64,000 nt of DNA from a virus. The stretch's first letter is position 1. Each line of letters starts with the position of its first letter. This document shows positions 49,778 to 57,988 of the stretch, in pieces. A program made the translations under genes and the position numbers. Under the pieces are notes generated by a model, which searched no databases, had not been told where the DNA came from, and worked only from the letters and a program-made list of their open reading frames with translations. The stretch lies in the IMG/VR virus record IMGVR_UViG_3300046787_000129, positions 45,630 through 109,629 of that record. One strand, 5' to 3'.

Positions 49778-50211
49778 TTAAGATAGCACATAGGGGAAAC
49801 CAGAATGGCCCAGCACAGAATGAGAATGAGCCAACGCAGCTTGTAGCAACTCTTTCAGGCGGTTTTGATATTGAGGTAGATGTCTGGAAGGTTGAGGGAG
49901 AGTTCTTCCTAGGACACGATGCCCCACAGTATCCAGTAGACGAGCAGTTCTTGAGAGACATCGGAGACAGTGCCTGGTATCACTGTAAGAACCTCGATGC
50001 ACTGGAGCACTTCAACAAGCACCTGTCAGACCTGAGATATTTCTGGCACCAGGAAGATGCCTATACACTAACTAGCAATGGCTACATCTGGACTTATCCT
50101 GGACAACAGGTTACAGATAGATCTATCCTTGTTCATCTTGGTAAGCCAGATCTATCTACATTTGACGTTATGCCATACGCTATCTGTTCAGACTACGTAA
50201 GAGAGTTCTAG
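49774..50211 (+). CDS. Small GDPD/PLC-like phosphodiesterase
   Basis: IAHRGN, EN, EVDVW, LGHD, HCKN, ICSD. Confidence 0.75.
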   Translation: MIKIAHRGNQNGPAQNENEPTQLVATLSGGFDIEVDVWKVEGEFFLGHDAPQYPVDEQFLRDIGDSAWYHCKNLDALEHFNKHLSDLRYFWHQEDAYTLTSNGYIWTYPGQQVTDRSILVHLGKPDLSTFDVMPYAICSDYVREF

Positions 50212-50212
50212 C

Positions 50213-50449
50213 ATGTATACAGACGCAATGAAGAGAGCCTTTCACTCGGTAACACCACCAAAGAATTTTGCGGTACAGATAATTGACGAGGACAACTTCC
50301 TTACAGTTCGTGCTAGCGAAAGAATGTTCATGAAACTACTTGACGAAGACAAGCGTAGTGCGATAGAATATATGGTAAGAGTAAAAAAGGCACTGGAAGA
50401 TAATGGTGCAATCGTACTATTAACACGTGAAGGTGGAAAAGAAGATTAA
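50213..50449 (+). CDS. Hypothetical protein
   Basis: 78 aa ORF in operon. Confidence 0.6.
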   Translation: MYTDAMKRAFHSVTPPKNFAVQIIDEDNFLTVRASERMFMKLLDEDKRSAIEYMVRVKKALEDNGAIVLLTREGGKED

Positions 50450-50862
50450 TGTTAGATCTAATATCGAACATCGTACTATCTAGCATAGCTGCTTTATTGG
50501 CAGGGTATGCATTTAAGTTGCGTAGAGACAAGAAGAGACTTCTCAACTCTATAACCTCTCTCACCCTAGATAACTTTATCCTAAGAGGTGAGCTAGACAA
50601 GGCAAGAGACGAAGCACAGAACAGCAGCATAGAGCAGAGCGATGGCTTTCTAAAGTTCATCTCTGAGTCTCGTGACTGGGCATTTAAGTACATTGAAGAG
50701 GTCCAGGAAGGCCTCAAGAAGTTCTCAGACAAGGTTGGGCCAACGATTAAGTACCTAGATACCTACGGTACAACTGTTGAGACTCCACATGATAACTCAA
50801 TTAAAATAGTTTCACAGGCATATAAAGAGCTTGAAAAGCTTTTGCCACAAGATGAAAAATAA
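50449..50862 (+). CDS. Membrane-anchored coiled-coil protein
   Basis: N-terminal TM; FLKFISESRDWAFKYIE. Confidence 0.6.
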   Translation: MLDLISNIVLSSIAALLAGYAFKLRRDKKRLLNSITSLTLDNFILRGELDKARDEAQNSSIEQSDGFLKFISESRDWAFKYIEEVQEGLKKFSDKVGPTIKYLDTYGTTVETPHDNSIKIVSQAYKELEKLLPQDEK

Positions 50863-50906
50863 AGTGTGGTAAACTTTTAATGGGTTTGAGCCCATAGGAG
50901 GAAACC

Positions 50907-51068
50907 ATGCTTGCACTAAAAGATACAAGTGAACTAGATGAATATACCTATAAGGTGTGTGAGATATCTGCATGTGAGAATGAAGCCACAGATTTCTATG
51001 AGGAAGAATCCTTAGATTTGTGCTATAACCACTACAAATATATGCTACACCAGGAACATTTATTTTAG
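50907..51068 (+). CDS. Small Cys/His protein (53 aa, not in ORF track)
   Basis: SD AGGAGG; CEISAC...LCYNH. Confidence 0.55.
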   Translation: MLALKDTSELDEYTYKVCEISACENEATDFYEEESLDLCYNHYKYMLHQEHLF

Positions 51069-51089
51069 TTTTTTAAATAGGAGAAAACA

Positions 51090-51356
51090 ATGAATGAACA
51101 ACTAAAGGCACTACTCGCATCATACGGACGATCAGTTCTTGGTGCTGCACTAGCTCTATACATGGCAGGAACACCTCTAGAGGACCTTCTGTACTCGCTA
51201 GTCGCTGCATTGGTACCAGTAGCAGTGCGTTACCTTAATCCAAAGGATGCAGCCTTCGGCAAGAAGCTCCCTCCAGTAGAGGAGATTGCTGAGGCACTCA
51301 CCAACGTTAAGGTAGTTAAGGCTCCTGCAAAGAAGAAGCCAGCTGCAAAGAAGTAA
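51090..51356 (+). CDS. Putative holin
   Basis: Two TM helices, RYLNPKD, basic C-terminus; strong SD. Confidence 0.6.
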   Translation: MNEQLKALLASYGRSVLGAALALYMAGTPLEDLLYSLVAALVPVAVRYLNPKDAAFGKKLPPVEEIAEALTNVKVVKAPAKKKPAAKK

Positions 51357-51372
51357 CATTCTTAATAAGTTA

Positions 51373-51401
51373 GACGGGTTGTCGATTGACAGCCCGTTTT
51401 T
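51373..51401 (+). terminator. Intrinsic terminator overlapping hsp20 -35
   Basis: GACGGGTTGTC-gatt-GACAGCCCGTT-TTT. Confidence 0.8.
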
Positions 51402-51414
51402 CTTATGCTATAAT
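51386..51414 (+). promoter_or_regulatory. Consensus SigA promoter of hsp20
   Basis: TTGACA-17 nt-TATAAT with TGn. Confidence 0.88.
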
Positions 51415-51419
51415 ATATA

Positions 51420-51468
51420 TGCCTGCCGATTGGGGGCAATTAACTCGCTGAAAAGGAGAAATAAAATG
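51420..51468 (+). promoter_or_regulatory. ROSE-like RNA thermometer in hsp20 5' UTR
   Basis: CUC(G)CU-GAAA-AGGAG pairs the UCGCU motif with the SD; preceded by a GC hairpin. Confidence 0.65.
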
Positions 51469-51873
51469 GTTACTACATTTACCCTGGATCCCTTCAAGGA
51501 TCCATTTTTTGCTGACTGGAACAAAATGTTCGGTACAGCTGCATCTGCACCAGTAAAGACATACCCACCATATAACATTGTTAAGATCAATGAAGATAAG
51601 GTTGTTATGGAATTTGCGGTAGCAGGATTTAGCCGTAAGGATATTGACATCACTACTGAAAAGAGTGTCCTTACAATCAAGGGTGAGAAGCCAGAGACTG
51701 AGGAGAAGGATTACCTACACAAGGGTATTGCTGCTCGTAAGTTTACTCGCTCATTCACACTACCAGAATTCTACGAGGTAGAGTCTGCTGGGTATGAAGA
51801 CGGTATCTTGTATATTGATCTAATTAAGAATGTTCCAGAGGAAAAGAAACCAAAGAGCATTAAGATTAAGTAA
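51466..51873 (+). CDS. Small heat-shock protein (Hsp20/IbpA-like)
   Basis: YPPYNI, AVAGF, YLHKGIAARKFTRSF, DGILYI, PEEKKPKSIKI. Confidence 0.95.
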   Translation: MVTTFTLDPFKDPFFADWNKMFGTAASAPVKTYPPYNIVKINEDKVVMEFAVAGFSRKDIDITTEKSVLTIKGEKPETEEKDYLHKGIAARKFTRSFTLPEFYEVESAGYEDGILYIDLIKNVPEEKKPKSIKIK

Positions 51874-51936
51874 TTAATCAAAGTCCTGACCATGACTTTA
51901 AACTGGTCTTTTCTAATATCTGCGGTATAATTAACT

Positions 51937-52215
51937 ATGGCCACTTCACATAATCTATACACGCTTAGCAACGCCACTGCGACTAGGCTTACCCCTGCTG
52001 GAATTCACTCTGGTATGGATATTACCCTTCAGAACGTAAACGATAATGGATACGTTTACATTGGATCTGAGGGCGTAACAATGACAAATTACGGATATAG
52101 GCTAGCACCCAACACAGCCGTCTCCTGGGAGCTACCAGAGCGTGATTCTATATATGCAATAGCTCAAACTAATGGAATGAATCTTGCAGTTATAAAGACT
52201 GGCTTGGAGAAGTAA
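51937..52215 (+). CDS. Small beta-rich hypothetical protein, leaderless
   Basis: TATAAT 5 nt before ATG; LQN...VYIG...GYRLAP. Confidence 0.6.
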   Translation: MATSHNLYTLSNATATRLTPAGIHSGMDITLQNVNDNGYVYIGSEGVTMTNYGYRLAPNTAVSWELPERDSIYAIAQTNGMNLAVIKTGLEK

Positions 52216-52216
52216 A

Positions 52217-52882
52217 ATGGCTAAATTTGGGGGAATACATCAAGACGGCTTTCAGCATATATCAAATCTAGACTATGCACAGTTTGATACAACTAATACT
52301 ACGCCTCCTGCAACAGAGGGCAGAATGGCATGGAATGGTTCTGATGGCACTATGGACATTAAGCTTCAAAACGGTGTAACGCTGCAGGTGGGTCAGGAGT
52401 TTGTTGCCAAGGTTGCTAACTATACTGGATCACTTATTCCAGAGGGTGCGGCTGTTCGGGTAGAAGGTGCACAAGGACAGCGTTTGAGCGTTGCCTTAGC
52501 AGCAGCTACCAACGATATTGCTTCTGCTACAACTCTTGGAGTGGTAACACACACTGGTGGAATAGCTCATGGATCTTCTGGATATATAACTATCTTAGGT
52601 CTTGTTCGTGAGATAGATACCTCAGACTTTGAGGACGGGGATGTTCTTTATCTTACAGCAACCCCTGGCGTTTGGTCTAACGTAAAGCCAGCTGCTCCAA
52701 CTCACACTATTCAGATAGGTTACGTTGTTAACGCTGCTAATGGCAATGCTGGCAGTATCTACGTTCACGTGCAAAATGGGTACGAGTTAGATGAACTTCA
52801 TAACGTTAAGATAACTACACCACAAGATGGTCAGACATTAAAGTATCAGGCATCTACAGGCCTATGGGTTAATTCATTCTAG
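52217..52882 (+). CDS. Fibre/decoration-like structural protein
   Basis: GDVLYL..TPG, IGYVV, ELDELHNVKI..PQDGQTLKY...LWVN fibre-type repeat. Confidence 0.55.
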   Translation: MAKFGGIHQDGFQHISNLDYAQFDTTNTTPPATEGRMAWNGSDGTMDIKLQNGVTLQVGQEFVAKVANYTGSLIPEGAAVRVEGAQGQRLSVALAAATNDIASATTLGVVTHTGGIAHGSSGYITILGLVREIDTSDFEDGDVLYLTATPGVWSNVKPAAPTHTIQIGYVVNAANGNAGSIYVHVQNGYELDELHNVKITTPQDGQTLKYQASTGLWVNSF

Positions 52883-52901
52883 TCTGTGATATACTTTTAC
52901 T

Positions 52902-53351
52902 ATGGATGAATTAATTAATACACTAAAAAAGCTACTTGCAGACAATATTGCTCTCAAGTTTAAGTCTCATGGATACCACTGGAATGTTGAAGGCGATGAC
53001 TTCAAGCAGTTCCACGAATTCTTTGGAGAGATCTATGAGAACTATGATGCCGCTACAGATAACTATGCGGAGTGGATCCGTATATTTAAGGCATACTCAC
53101 CTTACCGTTTGGTTGACTTCTTTGACACATCTAGTGTTGGAGAGCCAACAATTGTAGGAGATGCTCAGCCAATGCTGGCAGACCTATACATGTCTATTGA
53201 AAAGCACATTGAAGACCTTGTGGTCGCATCTGATGTTGCTAACGCTGCTAAGCAATATGGCCTAGCAAACTTCTTTGCAGACCGCCAGACGGCTTCTCAG
53301 AAGTTCTGCTGGCAGATTCGTGCAAGCATGGAACTAGAGGAGATGGACTAA
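52902..53351 (+). CDS. dps: Dps ferritin-like protein, leaderless
   Basis: HGYHWNVEGDDFKQFHEFFGEIYE...DNYAEWIR. Confidence 0.9.
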   Translation: MDELINTLKKLLADNIALKFKSHGYHWNVEGDDFKQFHEFFGEIYENYDAATDNYAEWIRIFKAYSPYRLVDFFDTSSVGEPTIVGDAQPMLADLYMSIEKHIEDLVVASDVANAAKQYGLANFFADRQTASQKFCWQIRASMELEEMD

Positions 53352-54295
53352 TGCCAGAAGATAAAGGTCGTTACACTATAGGTGCTAAAGGCACTCACGG
53401 TTGTAAGGGGTATCCAGTAGTTGGTGGAGAAGGAACTGTTCATGGTTGCCACGCAACAGAAGCAGAGGCTCAGGCACAACAATCAGCAATCTATGCCTCT
53501 CAGTCTTCTGAAAAGTCTATGGGCTCTATAGATAAGGCATGTTGGGAAGGCTACACTCAGCGAGGCATGAAGCCTGGCAAGGGTGGAAGAATGGTTCCTA
53601 ACTGCGTACCAGTAAGCAAGGCAAACCGTCCAATCGCTGAAGGCGACTATGTAATGGGTGGAACATCCGAGGGCATCGTTGTTGGCCAGGTAGAGCACAT
53701 TATGACTGAGGGTGGAACCTATGGAACCCCAGGTACTGAATATGCCATTGAATCTACTCCAGAAAATCCTGCCATGGCTGTAAGAATGTTTGAGCAAGAA
53801 GAGGATGGAAAGTTCTGTCCAACTCCATACTCAATTGGTATGCTTTACAATAACGCAATCCCTGTAGAGATTGAGATCGCTGAGGAAGATGATGAAGACA
53901 ATATGGAGAAGGCCGATGGCTATTCTCCTCCTGCTGGTGCCAGGTCTGCTGCTCGTCGTGCTATTAAGTTTAAGGAAGACGGAAAAGCAACAGGGGCTGG
54001 AACCGCAGTTGGATGGACCAGAGCTAGACAGCTGGCTAATGGAGAGACACTCTCGCTTAGTACAGTAAAGCGTATGTACTCTTACTTCTCACGTCATGAG
54101 GTAGACAAGAAGGGCAAGGACTGGGGCAACCAGGCTAATCCATCTAATGGCTACATCATGTGGCTAGCGTGGGGTGGAGATGCAGGCTTCTCCTGGTCAC
54201 GATCAATCGTTAACCGTGAAATGGACAAGGCAATCTTTGCTGATTTTGGTAAAGATTACACAAGATCGCAAAAGTCAACTCACACAGCTGAATAA
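53351..54295 (+). CDS. Mosaic protein of small modules (putative internal head protein)
   Basis: GCH module, CWEGY...VPNC module, Tudor-like module, GWTRARQLA...WGGDAG module. Confidence 0.55.
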   Translation: MPEDKGRYTIGAKGTHGCKGYPVVGGEGTVHGCHATEAEAQAQQSAIYASQSSEKSMGSIDKACWEGYTQRGMKPGKGGRMVPNCVPVSKANRPIAEGDYVMGGTSEGIVVGQVEHIMTEGGTYGTPGTEYAIESTPENPAMAVRMFEQEEDGKFCPTPYSIGMLYNNAIPVEIEIAEEDDEDNMEKADGYSPPAGARSAARRAIKFKEDGKATGAGTAVGWTRARQLANGETLSLSTVKRMYSYFSRHEVDKKGKDWGNQANPSNGYIMWLAWGGDAGFSWSRSIVNREMDKAIFADFGKDYTRSQKSTHTAE

Positions 54296-54308
54296 AAGAT
54301 AAAGAAAT

Positions 54309-54333
54309 AGCCCTGGGATAACCAGGGCTTTTC
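54309..54333. terminator. Bidirectional terminator between convergent genes
   Basis: AGCCCTGG-gataa-CCAGGGCT with T run downstream and A-rich run upstream. Confidence 0.8.
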
Positions 54334-54335
54334 TC

Positions 54336-56246
54336 TTACTTGTGGTGGAATGCTAATGAGTCATAAAGTATATAGACATTGCCATGTCCCAGCTCATGGA
54401 ACTTCTGGCATAGAACAACCATCTCACAATCAAACTCATTGGTAGCAGCATTGATCCAGTGATGTCTAGCACCCTTCTTAAAGGCCTCAGCACGGTATAG
54501 GCAGAGTCCATTAGATGTAGAGTAGTATTTACCGTGGCTCTTCTTCCTGTAGTCACGCTCAAGCTCTGAATGCGTTGTGACATATTCGGCGGTAGTTCTA
54601 GTAGCCCACCAATCGTAATGCAAGCCATTCTCTCTAATAGATACAGAAGACACAACATCAAAGTCGGGCTCTTTGTTGCCGAACTTAAGAAGCTTCTTCA
54701 CAGAAGATATCTCATAGGTAACGTCACCTTCGATCATGAGAACATAATCCATCTTATTTAGGAACCCACCAGCCTCAATGGCTTTGTTCCTGGCATGAGA
54801 AAGGTTCTCAACTCTTGTAGCATCCTTTACAGGGCCAAAGAACTGAGTGTTAATGTTCTCTGTAATGATTGATACACCTGAGAAGAATGACCAGTCGTGC
54901 GTGTATAACTTCTTCTTTGTATCGTCGTCGGAGTCATTCTCATAAATAGATAAATAGAAATCGTACTCTGGGCATTGCTCTACAATACTCTTTAGTTGAG
55001 AGTAGTACTGCTCAAATCGCTTACCAGTATTTCTGATAATAGAATAGATCAATACCTTTTCCTTACCAAAACTATTAGACTTAGTGTCCTTAGCGGTATC
55101 CTCTAGCAATGACTCTACAAACTGGGCATACTCAGTCTTGATTGCTTCCCAGTCATAACGCTTACTAAGGGCATAACCATTATCCGATAGTCTCTTGTAT
55201 ACCCCTGGATTTGTTAAGTCCTCTATGGCCCCCACAGCCTCGCTATCGCTACCAATAATGAACATAGTATTGGCAATCTCTTCATCAGTAAAGCCTCTAG
55301 CTCCTACTGGAGAAGATATGATAGGAATTCCATAGCTCAAAGCTCTCATAACCTTTAGGTGGGTTCCAGACCCAGAGTCCATAGGATTAATGAATGCAAA
55401 AGAATCTTTAAATAGTTCATGAAGTTTCTCATCAGAGACCTGGCCTAGAACTTGCACATTCTTTGGCAATTTGGTTTCTGCAAGGTATCCGCTGGCTCTG
55501 CCACAGATAATAAAGTTATAGTCTGGTGTAAGCTTGGCGATCTCTACGACTCTACGTGCAGCAACTCCATTTGGTGGATGTCCACTTCCTACAAAGATAA
55601 TATTATTAGACTTAATCCTTGCCTCTGGACTTGTCTGTATTTGCATAACAGTTCCATTTGGGGCATACAGAGTTTTACCTGGAACACGATATGTTTCCTT
55701 CATCTCTGCAATATCTTTTGTAGAGCAGTAGGTGATGGCGTCTGCCTTTTCAACAGCAGAGCGTTCCATCTTCTCTACAATGTTTAGCAAGAACTTGTCT
55801 TCTGGGTATAGCTGCTTGCCCATCGTCAACTCAGAGTTGTGAGAATTGTATACAATAGGAATTGATCCATAAAGATCCTCAACTAATGGAGATACCGAGA
55901 AGTGGTCTAGGATAAGGATGTCATTCTTTGCAGCCAGCTCCCTTACCTTGTTTCTAAATCCACCAAGAAATGACTTCAGGATGTGGCTGGTAGCGTCGTA
56001 GTTCTTTTTGCAGTCCTGTCTAATCAGGCTACGGTGCTTTCTAATTGCTCGCTCATCTATCCCAACACGAATGAATCTGATGTTGTCTCCAACAATTGTT
56101 GACTCACTAGAGCTGTCCCAGGAGAAGCATAGGAATGTAACGTTGTGGCCAGGGAACGCCTCAGCCAGCGTTGCAGTTCTCTCTACCCCACCACTGTTCT
56201 TGTCCCAGTTCTTTAGGTTGCCACTAACGATTAGTATGTTTGCCAT
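54336..56246 (-). CDS. Two-domain glycosyltransferase (GT4/GT-B plus GT-A)
   Basis: SGGVER, HNSE, FVGS..PN, GSGTHLKVMRALSYGIP; then YENDSDD, RVENLSHARN, IEGD. Confidence 0.88.
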   Translation of the reverse strand: MANILIVSGNLKNWDKNSGGVERTATLAEAFPGHNVTFLCFSWDSSSESTIVGDNIRFIRVGIDERAIRKHRSLIRQDCKKNYDATSHILKSFLGGFRNKVRELAAKNDILILDHFSVSPLVEDLYGSIPIVYNSHNSELTMGKQLYPEDKFLLNIVEKMERSAVEKADAITYCSTKDIAEMKETYRVPGKTLYAPNGTVMQIQTSPEARIKSNNIIFVGSGHPPNGVAARRVVEIAKLTPDYNFIICGRASGYLAETKLPKNVQVLGQVSDEKLHELFKDSFAFINPMDSGSGTHLKVMRALSYGIPIISSPVGARGFTDEEIANTMFIIGSDSEAVGAIEDLTNPGVYKRLSDNGYALSKRYDWEAIKTEYAQFVESLLEDTAKDTKSNSFGKEKVLIYSIIRNTGKRFEQYYSQLKSIVEQCPEYDFYLSIYENDSDDDTKKKLYTHDWSFFSGVSIITENINTQFFGPVKDATRVENLSHARNKAIEAGGFLNKMDYVLMIEGDVTYEISSVKKLLKFGNKEPDFDVVSSVSIRENGLHYDWWATRTTAEYVTTHSELERDYRKKSHGKYYSTSNGLCLYRAEAFKKGARHHWINAATNEFDCEMVVLCQKFHELGHGNVYILYDSLAFHHK

Positions 56247-56268
56247 AGTCTTTCCTTATTTCTAATTT

Positions 56269-56292
56269 AGTATAACACAGCTCTGCTATACT
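56269..56292. promoter_or_regulatory. Back-to-back extended -10 promoters
   Basis: Minus: TGTGTTATACT (56269-56279); plus: TGCTATACT (56284-56292) 6 nt before ATG 56299. Confidence 0.65.
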
Positions 56293-56298
56293 AAAAGT

Positions 56299-56991
56299 AT
56301 GGATTGCGTATATATTTGTAGGTCTGGAGATAACGAGGAGCTTCGTTACTCAATAAGATCTATTGTGAAGAACTTGCCTCACTCTAAGGTTTGGATCGTT
56401 GGCTATAAGCCAGACTGGTACACTGGAGGTTTTATTCCAGTGGAGGATATTAGCAGCAAGTTCAAGAACATTACCAATGCCCTGAGAGTCGTGTGTGACA
56501 CCGAAGACATCTCAGATGACTTTATCCTAATGAATGATGACTTCTTTGTTCTAAAACCATTAGATGCCATGCCTAATTTTGTTGGCGGTACACTTAGTGA
56601 GAAGATCGATGAGTATCGTAATATAGATCCTAGATCAAGATATGCAAACATACTAGATGATACAAACATATATCTTGTGAAGAAGGGCATAGAGACTCCT
56701 ATGGATTACGACCTGCACGTGCCAATGATTATGAATAGAAATAATTTAAAGAGTGTTATTACCGATGAAGCATTTCCAAGGTCAACGTATGGCAACTTCT
56801 TTATTTCTGGTGGGGAAAAGATTACGGATGTAAAAGCATATTCTGGATCCAGCTCTCTAAGACAACGATCTGTTAGTCTAAAGAATAGAGACCTACCTTT
56901 TATTTCTACAGAGGATGGATCATTTGATTACATTCGAAAAACTTTTCTTGTGGGTAAGTTCCCTGAGCCATCTCAGTATGAAACTATATAG
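56299..56991 (+). CDS. Stealth-like glycosyl/phosphotransferase
   Basis: DNEELRYSIRSI, KPDW, ISDDFILMNDDFF, LHVP. Confidence 0.7.
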   Translation: MDCVYICRSGDNEELRYSIRSIVKNLPHSKVWIVGYKPDWYTGGFIPVEDISSKFKNITNALRVVCDTEDISDDFILMNDDFFVLKPLDAMPNFVGGTLSEKIDEYRNIDPRSRYANILDDTNIYLVKKGIETPMDYDLHVPMIMNRNNLKSVITDEAFPRSTYGNFFISGGEKITDVKAYSGSSSLRQRSVSLKNRDLPFISTEDGSFDYIRKTFLVGKFPEPSQYETI

Positions 56992-57626
56992 TTTGGATTG
57001 ATCCAGATTTGATCCTGGATGCCTTCGCCCCACTGGTACTGAACATCACATAGCAAGAACCCAGAGTTAATCATAAAGTTAATAATGTGATTGTTTGTCT
57101 TGTGTTGGTGGTGGCGATAGAATGTCTCGGTTTCTAAATGAAATAGTTTTACATTCTTAATGTATTCCCCAAGGCCTTCCAAGAATTCGTGGGTATATCC
57201 TTCAATATCAACCTTAACAACATCAATGATCGTATCAGACAGACCGTTGTCCCTAATAAAGGTGTCCATTCTGGTTACAGGAACCTCTATGGTATTATAC
57301 TCAGCGTCCTTGAAGAACGAGTAGTTCTCTATTGAAGAAGATCCAGCATGATCCTTGTCCTCAGAAACTATCTGAATAAACTTAGTTGTTCCGTCATAGT
57401 TTGATATGGCTGTCTCAAAGACATTAAAGTTAGGATACTTAGCCTTTGCGTCTATGACAGCTAATGGGTTTGCATCAATGGCATAAACGTTTTCTGCAGA
57501 TAGGTGTTCACGTAAGAACTCTGCATCGTCACCATCTCTGGTACCAACATCAATAATAGTATTAGCAGTATCTCCAAAGTACTTCTTGTACTTCTCTACT
57601 ACTGGTTCCATCCATACATTTTCCAT
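56973..57626 (-). CDS. FkbM-family methyltransferase
   Basis: IIDVGTRDG, AIDANP, AISNYDG, TRMD, KVDIEG. Confidence 0.9.
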   Translation of the reverse strand: MENVWMEPVVEKYKKYFGDTANTIIDVGTRDGDDAEFLREHLSAENVYAIDANPLAVIDAKAKYPNFNVFETAISNYDGTTKFIQIVSEDKDHAGSSSIENYSFFKDAEYNTIEVPVTRMDTFIRDNGLSDTIIDVVKVDIEGYTHEFLEGLGEYIKNVKLFHLETETFYRHHQHKTNNHIINFMINSGFLLCDVQYQWGEGIQDQIWINPNYIVSY

Positions 57627-57639
57627 TTATTCTCCTTTG

Positions 57640-57713
57640 TCCCCCCAGTTGGAATCGAACCAACGACCTTAGAATTAGAAGTTCTCTGCTCTAGTCCCCT
57701 GAGCTATGGAGGG
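57640..57713 (-). tRNA. tRNA-Arg(TCT)
   Basis: CCCTCCA/TGGGGGG; loop CTTCTAA; TTCGATT. Confidence 0.9.
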
Positions 57714-57718
57714 TTGTG

Positions 57719-57804
57719 TCGGGCAAGTGGGGATCGAACCCACGATGTTTCTTATGTGTCAGATTTTAAGTCTGATGCGTTTCAACCAGCTTCGCCATTA
57801 CCCG
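57719..57804 (-). tRNA. tRNA-Leu(TAA)
   Basis: CGGGTAA/TTGCCCG; TCAGA-CTTAAAA-TCTGA; long variable region. Confidence 0.9.
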
Positions 57805-57826
57805 TTATCAATATTTAATTATATAG

Positions 57827-57903
57827 TCTTCCAGCTGGGGATCGAACCCAGATGTCACCAATTACTCTTTCTACACCTTATAAGAGTGAGGAGATACTGG
57901 AAG
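57827..57903 (-). ncRNA. Rearranged tRNA-like RNA with UAU anticodon-like loop
   Basis: CTTCCAG/CTGGAAG acceptor and CTGGG-TTCGATC-CCCAG T arm perfect; no D arm in normal position; CACT-CTTATAA-GGTG arm followed by AATTGGT. Confidence 0.75.
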
Positions 57904-57908
57904 TAAAG

Positions 57909-57982
57909 TAGGGTGTGTGGGATTTGAACCCACGACCGTCTCGTTATGAGCGAGTTGCGCTAACCAGCTGCGCCAACACCCC
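57909..57982 (-). tRNA. tRNA-CAT (elongator Met or lysidine Ile2)
   Basis: GGGGTGT/ACACCCT; CTCG-CTCATAA-CGAG. Confidence 0.88.
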
Positions 57983-57988
57983 ATACAT

